From Entomortierella parvispora E1425 (taxonomy: Eukaryota; Fungi; Mortierellomycota): DNA of 64,000 nt. The stretch is from assembly GCA_020891255.1 (NCBI GenBank), contig BQFW01000001.1:2604001-2668000 (forward strand), written 5' to 3'. Made by a program: the position numbers and the translations under genes. Of this stretch, positions 38,610-50,296 are shown one piece after another. The stretch's first letter is position 1; every line of letters starts with the position of its first letter. The notes beneath the pieces are model-generated. The model made no database searches. It saw only the letters and a list, made by a program, of their open reading frames with translations, and was not told the DNA's origin.

Positions 38610-41600
38610 ATGGAAAAGAGTCAAGCATTTCGAGTTGCTGGCACAACAGCCGATATCAGACACATCGCCGTAAACCATGTCAATGGGCAAGATGTCATCT
38701 TCTGGGAAGATATTGAGTGCGTTTTCTCCGAGGTCAAGCTTGTGCAGCTCGGTCATGTTGTGCTCAGCAAGTTGAGGGATTTGAACGGAATCAAGTAAAG
38801 AGAACAACATCCCGAACTGGGTCGACCCAATTATTTGGCAAAGTAAACTGACAGCCCTGGCCATGCACCTCTTCCTTTTAGATGCAACCCAGAGCGCATC
38901 AAGTACCCGAATGAAATCCTGGACATTGAATTGTTCAACACCGTCGACGGCACTCTGACTTCCATGGATGGACAAATCGATCTCAGTACAATTGTTCCAA
39001 CCCACACGATCAACCCCAAGTCGAGTCCCAACCACCAACTCACCGAGACAACATCTGACCTCTCTGTTTCTTCAGAACCCATCAATGCCTCTTCCACCGC
39101 CTCTTCCACCGCCTCCTCCACCGTCTCTTCCTCCGCCAAACCGCTAATCACAACTTTGAAGAGAGCCAGCACAGTTGATATCCATAACATCTACGCAGCC
39201 CTGACTGAAGCAATTAAGCTCACCGACAAATCAGGGCGGCCACTCTCCAAGGAACAACTTACTTCACTCCTTCGATCCAAGCTGTACTCGGAATTGCCAA
39301 TCAAATCAGCCTTCGAATCCACAGTCATTCGTGAGCTGGGTGCACTTCACGACCAAGGCGCCACAACACAACAAATCGTCCTCAAAGTTTTGGAGTTGCA
39401 ACGACAGATGAACGATCGGTTGATTCTGATCCAGAGCAAGATAGAGGCTATCCTGACGCAGCAGTTGGAACTGACCGAGTACCCTATCCCCCGGCTGTTC
39501 ATTGTCTTGCCCGAGAAGGTCTCCAAGTACGATGCTGCCAATTGGTTCACGACCAAATTCCGTCTATACTTTGTCTGCGAGTGCGGCGAGCATACCCAAA
39601 CAGAGGGAAGCAAAACCCCTCATCATCTCCACTTGGCGCGACATGAGGACTATCTGATCCGAAAGCCCACAGAGTTTTTCAAGAAGTACGGCCCCTTTCT
39701 CGTTTTGATGTTGGAGCTCATCAAGATCAGCGCCAGTGTCACAAGTCATGTTGTGCCCGCGTTTGTTACCTTCAAAATCATCGAGCTGTCAGATTCTGTC
39801 CAACAGACTGTGGAGACGGTGACGGAAATGATCGATTACTCGCTCGAGTGCATTGACAAGCAGACGGAAAAGACTCGATCATCGTCTAATGGAAATATGA
39901 ATGAGGGAGAGAATCGACCTATAATGACTCAACAGGATCTCAACAGCTATCTAGGAAATATCGAGGGAGTCGAGGGAGTCGAGTTACGCCTTTTAGGATC
40001 GTTCTTGAACGCCTCCAAGGTGGATAATACTCTTGGAAATCTCTATCGAATGTCCACACCGGATGGGCACATCAAATGGGTTTGTCGCGATCATTACCGC
40101 TCCGGTTACCAAAAGGCGCACGTTCAAAAGCTGCGGGATATTATCGCGAGCACTGGCGGAACGTTTGACGAGCAATTAGGAACGGTGGAAATATCTCTAA
40201 AGTCCAGTATTGCAGCAACGGAATTCTTTGACACCCTCGCTAAAGCCAGAGGTGTTCTCGAGCTCATCGTGGATTTTAATTGGGAATGCGCCTGGAAAGA
40301 CATTGAGGCTCTACACAAAGCCATCAACAGATCCTCCGTATCGACTCTCCACGTTGGCCTACAGATGTTCAAGCCAAGCCTGCTCAAGTCTCAATTTTCG
40401 TCGATAGCCCCACGGTATGAACCCTTGTCTTGACTGATGGAACCGATTCAGTTGAGATCGGTTCACCTCATCCTCCCACAAGACATTGTCAGACTCTCCA
40501 ACTTTGCTCCCAAAAGACCTCCCCACCTTCGTAAGCTAACCTTCGAGATGGTAATAGGGAAGAGTGTCGACCATAGAGCAGTCAAGGTCCTGGCCGAGGT
40601 GTTTAAATCCAACTCGACCAGGATTTCTTGCTATTGTTCAACGGCGGATAAAGGAGTAGAGGCGTTGGCAGAGGCGCTCAAGGCCAACTCAACAATGACC
40701 ACATTGGACATGAGTGTCAACTCAATTGGAGAAAAGGGAGCACAAGCGTTGTCTGAGGTACTCCGAACCAATTCAAGGTTGACCACTTTAACCATGAACA
40801 ACAATTCGATCGGAGAGAGAGGCGTCGAGGCACTGTCCGAGGCCCTCAAGACCAACTCGATGTTGACCACGTTGGATGTTAGCTACAATTCGATCGGAGA
40901 GAGAGGGGCGCAATCATTGTCAGAGGCGCTCAAGGTCAACTCCACACTTTGCATTTTGAACATGAGTGACAATTGGATTCGAGAGAAAGGAGCCCAGGCG
41001 TTGTCGGAGGCGCTCAAAAGCAACTCAAGGCTGACCTCTCTGAACATCAATGACAATTGGATTAGAGAGAAAGGAGCGCAGGCGCTGTCAGAGGCACTCA
41101 AGATCAACTCGACGCTGACTACTTTGAACATGTTTTACAATAAGATTGGCGGGAAGGGAGCTCAGGCGTTATCAGAGGCGCTCAAGATCAACTCGACGCT
41201 GACCACTTTGGAGATGAGTGGCAATTCGATTGGGGATTTGGGAGCGCAGGTCTTGTCAGAGGCACTCAAGACCAACACGACGCTCACCACTTTGAACGTG
41301 GGCTACAATTTGATTGGGGTAGAGGGAGTGGAGGCGTTGTCAGAGATACTCAAGACGAACTCGACGCTGACCGCCTTGGACATGAGTCATAATTCTAGGG
41401 GGGCGAAAGGAATACATGCGTTGGCCAAGGCACTCAAGGCCAATTCAAGGCTGATTTCTTTGGGCATGAGCCGCAACTCGATTGGAGATGAAGCAGCCCA
41501 GGCGTTGTCAGAGGCACTCAAGACCAACTCGACGCTGACCACCTTGAACCTGTGGGACAACTCGATTGAATGGAAAGGAGCACAGGCGTTGGCAGAGGCA

Positions 41601-41720
41601 CTCCAGACCAACTCGACGCTGACCACTTTAAACATGAGTAACAATGTGATTGGAGGGGAGGGGGCATGGGCTTTGATCGAGGCACGAAAGACCAACTCGG
41701 TCGTGAACATCATCACGTAG
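38610..41720 (+). pseudogene. LRR receptor-like copy 3 (12 LRRs), one in-frame TGA
   Basis: join(38610-38794,38882-41720) is in frame except TGA at 40431-40433, which is CGA in the other three copies. Confidence 0.8.
40662..41669 (+). repeat. 12 x 84-nt LRR tandem array
   Basis: Counted from the translation; the most divergent repeat set. Confidence 0.95.
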
Positions 41721-41783
41721 TTATTTTTACATCACTCCCACCGTCTTATTTCACTAAACCGTGGAGAAGCAGATTCCTTCCCC

Positions 41784-41997
41784 TCAAAACTTTGCCCTCA
41801 TGTCTTCAACAGTGTTATCAACCTCTCCTGATTTACCATCATTGTCAACAAGTCCAAGCTTCGTCATGGAACCTTCCAATTTTGTCCAAGACCGTGACAT
41901 CCTCCATGGTCGCTGGCCCAACCAACGTTTTGTTCTCCATGCTCTTGCCTGCAATGATATCTCGGATCTTACCGCACGGGATCTTGCCTGACCGGGA
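41784..41997 (-). pseudogene. Acyl-CoA synthetase 3' tail remnant C
   Basis: Same extent and breakpoint as remnant A. Confidence 0.9.
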
Positions 41998-42596
41998 GTT
42001 GCAGACACAGCTACGGCCACGGCAACGGCAGCAGTAGCTGCCTGGAAGCTATTGGGAAACATTGCTGTCGTGCCATGCAGACCGTCAGAGCAAGAAGAAC
42101 AGTCTACCAATGGGATCCAGATCCAAATAAAGAAGCTAGATGCCATTAGTCGCAGACCAAGAAACAGGGACAGAGCACGTCGCTGATGCACGTTTTGCCA
42201 CCAACCTCGTCTTTTTTTTGGTGGCGTTATTCATTCTGCAGGCCATCATGGCACCACACAGCTTTTTTCTCTACAACAGCACATAATAATAGAAATGACC
42301 TGCCCTGGATGCCACGTTGTGCCCCCAATTCGAGATTGTATTTGTATTTATCGATGAACCACACAGCTGTTGAAGGGGAGGATGTTTCTTCTGGAAGCAT
42401 AGCTGTGGTCCTTCTGGGAAGCAGACGGATCGCAGCAACCATGCAGGTTTGCAACAGCCCTCAGTTCCCCTGGAATTTTTTTGTTGTGTTCACGATGGTT
42501 GCATGGTCCCTTGTTCGCTTTGCCATTTTTGGTCTCATCTGTGGTTTTTTTTCCTTCCCATCTCTATTGCAGACACACACGTCGCCAGTTGGAATC

Positions 42597-45500
42597 ATGG
42601 AAAAAAGTCAAGGATTTCGAGTTGCCGGAGCAACAGCCGACATTGAATTCATTGCCGTCAACCGTGCCAATGAGCAAGACGTCATCTTCTGGGAAGATAT
42701 TCAGGCAGTCTTTCCTGGCGTGAAGTTTGTCCGGCGCGGTCATGTTGTACTTAGCATGTTGAGGGATTCAAACGGAATCATGTAATGTCAACTCATAAGG
42801 AGCGAGTGACCAAGATGTTTGGCCCAAAAAGACTGACAACCCTGATCTTGAACTTTCTTTAGAAATAACCCGAGGCGGATCAAGCACTTCCCTAATGAAG
42901 TTCTGGGTATTGAACTGTCTACCACAATTGACAGCACTCTGGCTACCATGGATGAGCAAATCGACATTCACTCAGCAGCTCCACATGCCACGATCCACCC
43001 CGAGTCGATCCCCATCAGCCCGCCCTCCGAGGTCTTTTCTGGCCAAAGCCAACCTGCCGCGTCTGAACCCATCGTCGTCTCCTCCGCGGCAGAACCACGA
43101 CTCACAACCTTAAGAAGATTAAACACAACAGATGTCCATAATGTATCAACCGCTATGGTGGAAGCAATTGAGCTCGCCGACAAGTCTGGGCAGCCACTTA
43201 CCAAGGAACAATTAACGACGCTCCTCAAATCCAAGTTGAATTCAGGATTGCCGATCAATTCAGCATTTGAATCCACGGTCTTTCGTAAGCTTGATACACT
43301 TCACGATCAAGGCGCTACGACACAGCAGATTGTCCTTAAGATTTTGGAGGTGCAAAAACAGATGAGCGATCGGCTGATTCTTATTCAGAACAGGACGGAA
43401 GCTATCTTGACGCAGCAATTGGAACTGGCCGAGTTTCCCATCCCTCGGCTCTTTATTGTCTTGCCAGAGAAGGTCTCCAAGTACGATGCCACAAATTGGG
43501 TCAGAACCAAATTCCGTCTGTACTTTATTTGTGAGTGCGGCGTACATACCCAAACAGAGGAAGGCAAAACCCCTCACCATCTCCACCTGGCGAGACATGA
43601 AGGATATGTGATCCGAGAGCCAACCGAGTTTTTCAAGAAGTACGGCCCCTTTCTTGTTTTGATGTTGGAGCTCATCAAGATCAGCACGAGTATCGCCAGT
43701 CATGCGGTGCCAGCGTTGGTTACCTTCAAAATTATCGAGCTGGCTGATTCTGTCCAACAGACTATGGAAACTATCACGGAAATGATCGACTACTCACTCG
43801 AGTGCATTGACAAGCAGACAGAGAAGGTTCATGCATCCTGTCTGGGAGACCTGGATGACTCTGACAACCGTCCTTCAAGAACTCAACAGGACCTCACCAA
43901 CTATCTGAAAAATGTCGAGGGTCTTGAAGGAGTCGAGTTGCGCCAGCTAGGATCATTCTTGACCGCGTCAAAGGCCGACAATCTCCTTGGGAACCTTTAT
44001 CGAATGTCAACATCGGATGGACACGTCAAATGGGTATGCCGTGATCATTATCGAGCTGGATACCAAAAGGTGCAGGTTGAAAAGCTGCGGAATATTGTCG
44101 AAAGCTCAGGTGGAAAGTTTGATGAGCAATTGGGAACGGTCGAAATGTCGTTGAAGTCCAACATTGCAGCCACTGAATTCTTTGCTGCCCTCGCTAAAGC
44201 CAAGGGGGTGATCGAACTCATTGTCGATTTCAATTGGGAGTGCGCGTGGAAGGATGTCGATGCATTACGGAAAGCAATCAAGGGATCTTCAGTTTCTACT
44301 CTCCATGTGGATCTCCAGATGTTTAAGCCGAAACCTAGCCTTCTGAGAACTCAGTTCTCCTCCTCAGTACATTCTCGGTACGCACCCTTGTCTCGACTGA
44401 TGGAACCAATTCAGCTGCGCTCGGTTCACCTCATCCTTCCAGAAGACATCATCCGACTTTCCAACTTCACCCCTACAAGACCTTCGCATCTTTATAAGTT
44501 AACTTTCAAGATGATAATCGGGCGGAATGATGATGGCAAAGTGGCCAAAGTTCTTGCAGAGGTGTCTAAATCCAACTCAATGGTGGTTTCATGTTACTGC
44601 TCAACTGAAGAGAAGGGAGCACAGGCGCTGTGGCAAGCACTGAAGACCAGCTCGACGCTAGCCGCTTTGATTCTTGATAGATTTAGGATTAGAGAAAAAG
44701 GGACGCAAGCATTGGCAGAGGCACTCAAGACCAACTCGACGTTGACCACTTTGGACATCAGTGGCAATTCGATTGGAGAGATTGGAGCACAGGCGCTGTC
44801 AGAGGCACTCAAGACCAATTCGACGCTGACCACTTTCGACATGAGTGGAAATAAGATTGGAGAATTAGGAGTACAGGCGCTGTCAGAGGCACTCAAGACC
44901 AACTCGACGCTGAACACTTTGAACCTGTGGAATAACCCGATTGGAGAGAAAGGAGCACAGGCATTGTCAGAGGCGCTCAAGATCAACTCGACGCTGACCA
45001 CTTTGAACATGAGATACAATGGGATTGGAGAGAGAGGAGCACAGGAGTTGGCAGAGGCACTCAAGACCAACTCGACGCTGACCAGTTTCAACCTGTGGAA
45101 TAATTCGATTGGAGAGAAAGGAGCAGAGGCGTTGTCAGAGGCACTTAAGACCAACTCGATGCTGACCACCTTGAACCTGCGGATGAATTCGATTGGAGAG
45201 AAAGGGGCACAGGCATTGGCAGAGGCACTTAAGATTAATTCTACGCTGACCACATTGAACCTGCGGATGAATTCGATTGGAGAGAAAGGGGCACAGGCAT
45301 TGGCAGAGGCACTGAAGCCCAACTCAATGCTGATCACTCTGGAGATGGGTAGCAATTCAATTGGAGATTTAGGAGCATGGGCTTTGTCAGAGGCGGTCAA
45401 GGCCAATTCGACTCTGGCAACTTTGGACTTGTGGAATAATTCGATTGGAGAGAAAGGAGCAGAGGCGTTGTCAGAGGCACTTAAAACCAATTCTACGCTG

Positions 45501-46304
45501 ACCATTTTGAACCTGCGGATGAATTCGATTGGAGAGAAAGGGGCACAGGCATTGGCAGAGGCACTCAAGGCTAACTCAACGCTGATCGCTTTGGAGATGG
45601 GCGGCAATTCAATTGGAGATTTAGGAACATGGGCTTTGTCAGAGGCGGTCAAGACCAATTCGACCCTGGCAACTTTGGACCTGTGGGATAATTCGATTGG
45701 AGATTTAGGAGTACAGGCGTTGTCAGAGGCACTCATGACAAATTCGACGCTGACCTCTTTGGACATGGGTGGAAATTCGATCGGAGAGGAGGGGGCATGG
45801 GCTTTATCGGAGGCACTCGAGACCAACACAAACCTGACCACTTTGAACCTGTGTAATAATTCGATTGGGGATCTAGGAGCACAGGCATTTTCAGTGGCAC
45901 TCATGACCAACTCGACGCTGACCACTTTGGACCTGCGCGGCAATTCAATTAGTGGCTTCGGAGCACAGGCGTTGTCAGAGGCACTCAGGACCAACTCGAT
46001 GCTGACCACTTTGGACATGGGTGGAAATTCGATCGGAGAGGAGGGGGCATCGGCTTTATCGGAGGCACTCGAGACCAACACAAACCTGACCACTTTGAAC
46101 CTGTGTAATAATTCGATTGGGGATCTAGGAGCACAGGCATTTTCAGTGGCACTCATGACCAACTCGACGCTGACCACTTTGGACCTGTGCGGCAATTCAA
46201 TTAGTGGCTTCGGAGCACAGGCGCTGTCAGAGGCACTCAGGACCAACTCGATGCTGACCACTTTGAACCTGCGGCTCGATCTGATCGGAGATTTAGGAGC
46301 GTAG
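42597..46304 (+). CDS. LRR receptor-like copy 4 (19 LRRs), C-terminal cap lost to a late TAG
   Basis: join(42597-42781,42863-46304) is in frame. TAG at 46302-46304 replaces the CAG of copy 1, and the ALTEACKVNSVVDV cap continues after it. Confidence 0.85.
44709..46304 (+). repeat. 19 x 84-nt LRR tandem array with 252-nt block duplications
   Basis: 45759-46010 and 46011-46262 are near-identical. Confidence 0.95.
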
Positions 46305-46610
46305 GCATTGACCGAGGCATGCAAGGTCAACTCAGTCGTGGATGTCATTAGCTGAACCATATCCATAGTTATTATTTTTACAAAGCATGCTCCTTGTCTT
46401 AAGTCACTAAACGTCTGCGTTGAAAGCTGCATGCAATTCCTTCAATGGACCATGCCCTGGCAGCCATAAAAAGATTAACAAATGGAGTAATGTGAATTGA
46501 TCTTTGATCATTCCATAGAAGCGTCCACGGCAAAGAGCAAAAAACACAACTAAAGTCCGCAGTTCAAGGCGAAAGTAATAGTTTATGATCTTAAAACAGA
46601 TGCTCTTGCT

Positions 46611-49582
46611 TTACAACTTCGCCTTCACTTCTTTAACGGTATCGTCGACCTTTCCTGCCTCGCCATCATTGCCAACAAGACCAAGTTTCGTCATGGAGTC
46701 TTCCAGTTCGTTCAAGACCGTGAAATCCTCAATGGTCGCCGGCACGATCAACTTTTGGTTCTCCAGACTCTTGCCCGCAATGATATCTCGGATCGTCCTG
46801 CGCAAGATCTTGCCTGAGCGGGTCTTGGGCAAGCGACGGATGATATACGTGTGTTGGTAATTGGCAATAGCGCCCAGGTTCTGTCGTACCATCTGCGCAG
46901 TCTCCTTCCTGATCGACTCCTCGTCCTGGGTCACACCAAATTTGAGCACCACCAGACCTACGGGGATCTGTCCCTTTAACTTGTCGGAGAGCGGGACCAC
47001 ACAGCATTCCGAGATGGCGGGATGCTCTGCCAAGATTTGTTCCACGGATCCAGTCGAGAGACGATGTCCAGCCACCTGCATGATGTCGTCCGTTCGCGAC
47101 ATGACATGGACATAGCCATCGTCATCTACAATACCCGCGTCGCCAGTGTCGTAGTAGCCAGGGAACCTGGACAGGTAACTTTTTTGAAACCCAGAGCGGT
47201 TGTTCCAGAGTGTGGTCAAGGCCGAAGGCGGCAGTGGTAGTTTGACCACAATGTTACCAAAGGTCGACGGTCCCAATTCCTTGGCCACACCACCTGTTTC
47301 CTCTGGATCAGACAGCACCCTGATATCATATCCAGGCATGGCCATGCCGGCTGCTCCTTGTCGGATGGCGATAGGGTCGATGTGGGTGCCATGAGCGTCA
47401 TAGAGTCCTTGACAGGCTCCTGTGATAGGTGATCCAGACTCTGTTGACCAGTAATTGTCCACCACGGGTTTGCCTCCAATGACATGTCTGAAGTGCGCGA
47501 TGGTGCCTGTATCCGAACGTTCGCCGGCAAGGTAAAGCCCTCTCAAGTTATGAAGGTCGTACTGAGCACTGAGCTGAGCCTCTGGATCCACTCGGCGAAT
47601 TGCGCGCAAGGCCGTAGGGGCGGTATACCAGATGCTGGCCTTGTACTCCTCAAGAACCCTGAAGAACGCCCCTGCATCTGGTGTGCCGACCGGCTTGCCT
47701 TCGTAGAGAACTGTGGAGCAACCGAGCAGCAGAGGCCCGTAGCAAATAAAACTGTGGCCCACAACCCAACCGACATCACTGGCGCAAAAGACCACATCGC
47801 CTGGTTTCGCTCCAAAGAGTGTCTTCATGGTCGCAAGTGTCTGGGTTGCATGACCGCCATTGTCCCGAACCACTCCCTATTCAAGGACAAAGAGAGAAAA
47901 AAAACAAGGTTATGAGCATCTTGCACAAAGGTCTCGGGACTTTGAACTGAGGACCCAGACCCTGAAGGGCGCTCTTTCATTTTTTTTTTTCGTAAGCGTC
48001 CATCCCTCAACGCCGCTGTCGCTCTTTCTTTTTTACCTTGGGCAAACCCGTGGTGCCGCTAGTGTACAAGATATAGAGCGGATGCTGACTTTCAACTGGT
48101 ACACACTCTTTGAATTGCTTCCCACCAAGTCGGATCCTCTGCATCTCGTCGTTCCAATCCAAATCGCCACGGGATGGGTCCAGCACGGCACGACCGGCGT
48201 CCCGCTGGAAGATAATCCTGTGAGCCGGCTTGTGGTCGCTCATGTCAATTGCCTTGTCCAACATCTCTAAAGTACAAACAAGCGGAAAGAGATGTTTTAG
48301 TCAGAATAAACGGCATTCTTAACCGAACACAATCGCCGATGGTAATGATGGTCCCAAGCAAGAGGGAGGAAGGGAGAGCAAGTTACCCTTGTAAGGAACA
48401 ATCTTGTTGACCTCGATACCGCATGAGCCGCCAATGATCAGCTTTGGCTTGCAGTCGTTGATGCGCTTTTGAATCTCCAGGGGGGCGAAACCACCAAAGA
48501 CAACCTGTTAGTCCGAAACCAAAGAACAATGATCAGCCTTCTGTGCTTTCTTTCCTGCACCAGGCAGATAGATCCTTTGCATTCCTGTCCTTGGACTCAC
48601 GCTGTGGGTGACGCCGAGACGGGCGCAGGCGAGCATCGCAACCAATGCCTCGGGGACCATGGGCACTAGAGAGAGAGACGATGGATCATGTTCCTTTTTG
48701 TTAGACTCCCAGCAGTCTGGTCATTGTTCCTTTTGCTCGGCAGCAAAGAAGCCTCTCTTCCTTACTGTAGATAAGGATCGTGTCTCCCTTCTTGGCGCCA
48801 TGGGAAGCAAGGACGCCCGCGCAGGTCTGCACCTCGTCCAGCAACTGCTGGTACGTCAGCTGTCTCTTTTCGTTGTTCAGAGGCGAGTCGTAAAAGATGG
48901 CGACCTGTTTCCCACGCCCAGATAGGACGTGACGATCGATGGCATTGTAGCAGGTGTTGAGTTCGCCGTCCTTGAACCACGTATAGCCAACGTCCCCTTG
49001 GGTGGGCAAGGAGTTGGGAGAGGGGTAATGGAGCACTTTGGAATACGGGACATGCCAATGCAATTGGGATGCATAGCCGCCCCAGTATGTCTCTGGGTCC
49101 TGGAGGGATTCCTTTTGCAAATGCACTTGGGGATGGACTTCCATGTCGAGTTGATGGGAGGCTCCGGTGGAGGATGAGGACAAGAGGGCGATGCGGGAAA
49201 GGACGGGGAGGAATGAGCGAAGGGAAGAAGGACAAGAGAAGAAAGGAGAGAGAAAAGGCTGGTGGGTTAAAGCAAGCAAAGGTGGGGGGAAGGCGTGGCT
49301 TCTGTATGGGCGACGGTGCAGTGCTCTTGCGGAGAAGGATGCTTCGGAAGAAGAACAAGAAGACGCGGTCGCGCCAGCCGGTCTTGTGGAGAAGATCGAT
49401 CCGAGAGCACTTTCCGAGTTTGTGTTTGTCGCGGGATGGTTGAACCTTTGTTGGGTGGATCGACCATGGTGCAAGAGCAGCCGTGGCGATGCAGAGGAGG
49501 AGGAGGAAAGGGATCTTACTGCCCCAGAAGAGAGAACACGTTGTTGTAGTTGCTGTTGTTGGGTGAACAAGATGTATCGCAT
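46611..49582 (-). CDS. Acyl-CoA synthetase, ACSS3/propionyl-CoA synthetase (PrpE)-like, multi-exon
   Basis: WFKDGELNTCYNAIDRH, PLYILYTSGTTGLPK, SDVGWVVGHSFICYGPLL, DNYWSTESG, YYDTGDAG and LPKTRSGKILRR; transit-peptide-like N-terminus. Confidence 0.92.
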
Positions 49583-49843
49583 TGCTGTGGAGAGGCGCTT
49601 CTCTGAGGACAGAAGGAGGTGCGTGTGCGAGTGCATAGTGTGTGTATGTGTGTGTGTGATCAAGACAAGAAGAAGAACAGGATATGAAGATGAAGAATGC
49701 AGAGAACAAGAACAAGAACAAGAACTAGAACAAAAAAAACGCGTCCACGCCCTTTGCGATCGATCTCGTGCGTGGCTTTGCTGCGTGTCCCTTTATTCGC
49801 TGTGTGCCCGCCTGGCCTGGTGGTGTCTTTACTCTGCACATGC

Positions 49844-50296
49844 TCACGCTGCTGCCGAATTGGCTGAATGGGCTGCCGTGTAGCCAGGCGGATGTGGCGT
49901 CAAGGGTAGCTCATCCGCATCATCCCCGCTGCTGTCTGGATGTCTACTCGGTGATGGTGACGAAGCTACCAACGACGGCAAAGAGGGCATGCTGACAATG
50001 ACTGCATCCGTCGCCTCTCTTGAGTCCGTCTCTGCTACTGGAGGGATCGCTCTCCTTGCGCCCTGTGGGTCCGTCGGTGACTGATCAACGCCTGCAAAGA
50101 CGGCGGGGAGAGTTGAGGCAGAGTACGCTGGAAGGGTCTCTGTCGGTTCTGTCAGTGGAAGAATGAGGTCCAGGCGCCTGCCTGCTGCAGACACCCCCAA
50201 TGACTTTTTGTAGCGGTCGCTGGCAAAGTAGCACCAGAGACCCCCAAACTGCAGAGCAATCCCTAGGACGATAAAGATGATCCAAGTCAACGACAT
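49844..50296 (-). CDS. Small single-pass membrane protein with PY-type motifs (about 150 aa)
   Basis: MSLTWIIFIVLGIALQFGGLWCYF helix; LPAY and PPGY motifs. Confidence 0.65.
   Translation of the reverse strand: MSLTWIIFIVLGIALQFGGLWCYFASDRYKKSLGVSAAGRRLDLILPLTEPTETLPAYSASTLPAVFAGVDQSPTDPQGARRAIPPVAETDSREATDAVIVSMPSLPSLVASSPSPSRHPDSSGDDADELPLTPHPPGYTAAHSANSAAA

Noticed and set aside
25648-46304. RIP-like mutagenesis as the cause of the LRR stops
   Set aside because: The lesions are mixed (G>T, C>T and indels), and there is no AT-enriched decay of the repeats.
44594-46432. Long antisense ORFs over the LRR arrays (also 23280-24512 and 27646-28500)
   Set aside because: They are shadows of the 84-nt repeat, which lacks a stop in that antisense frame, and their limits track the arrays.
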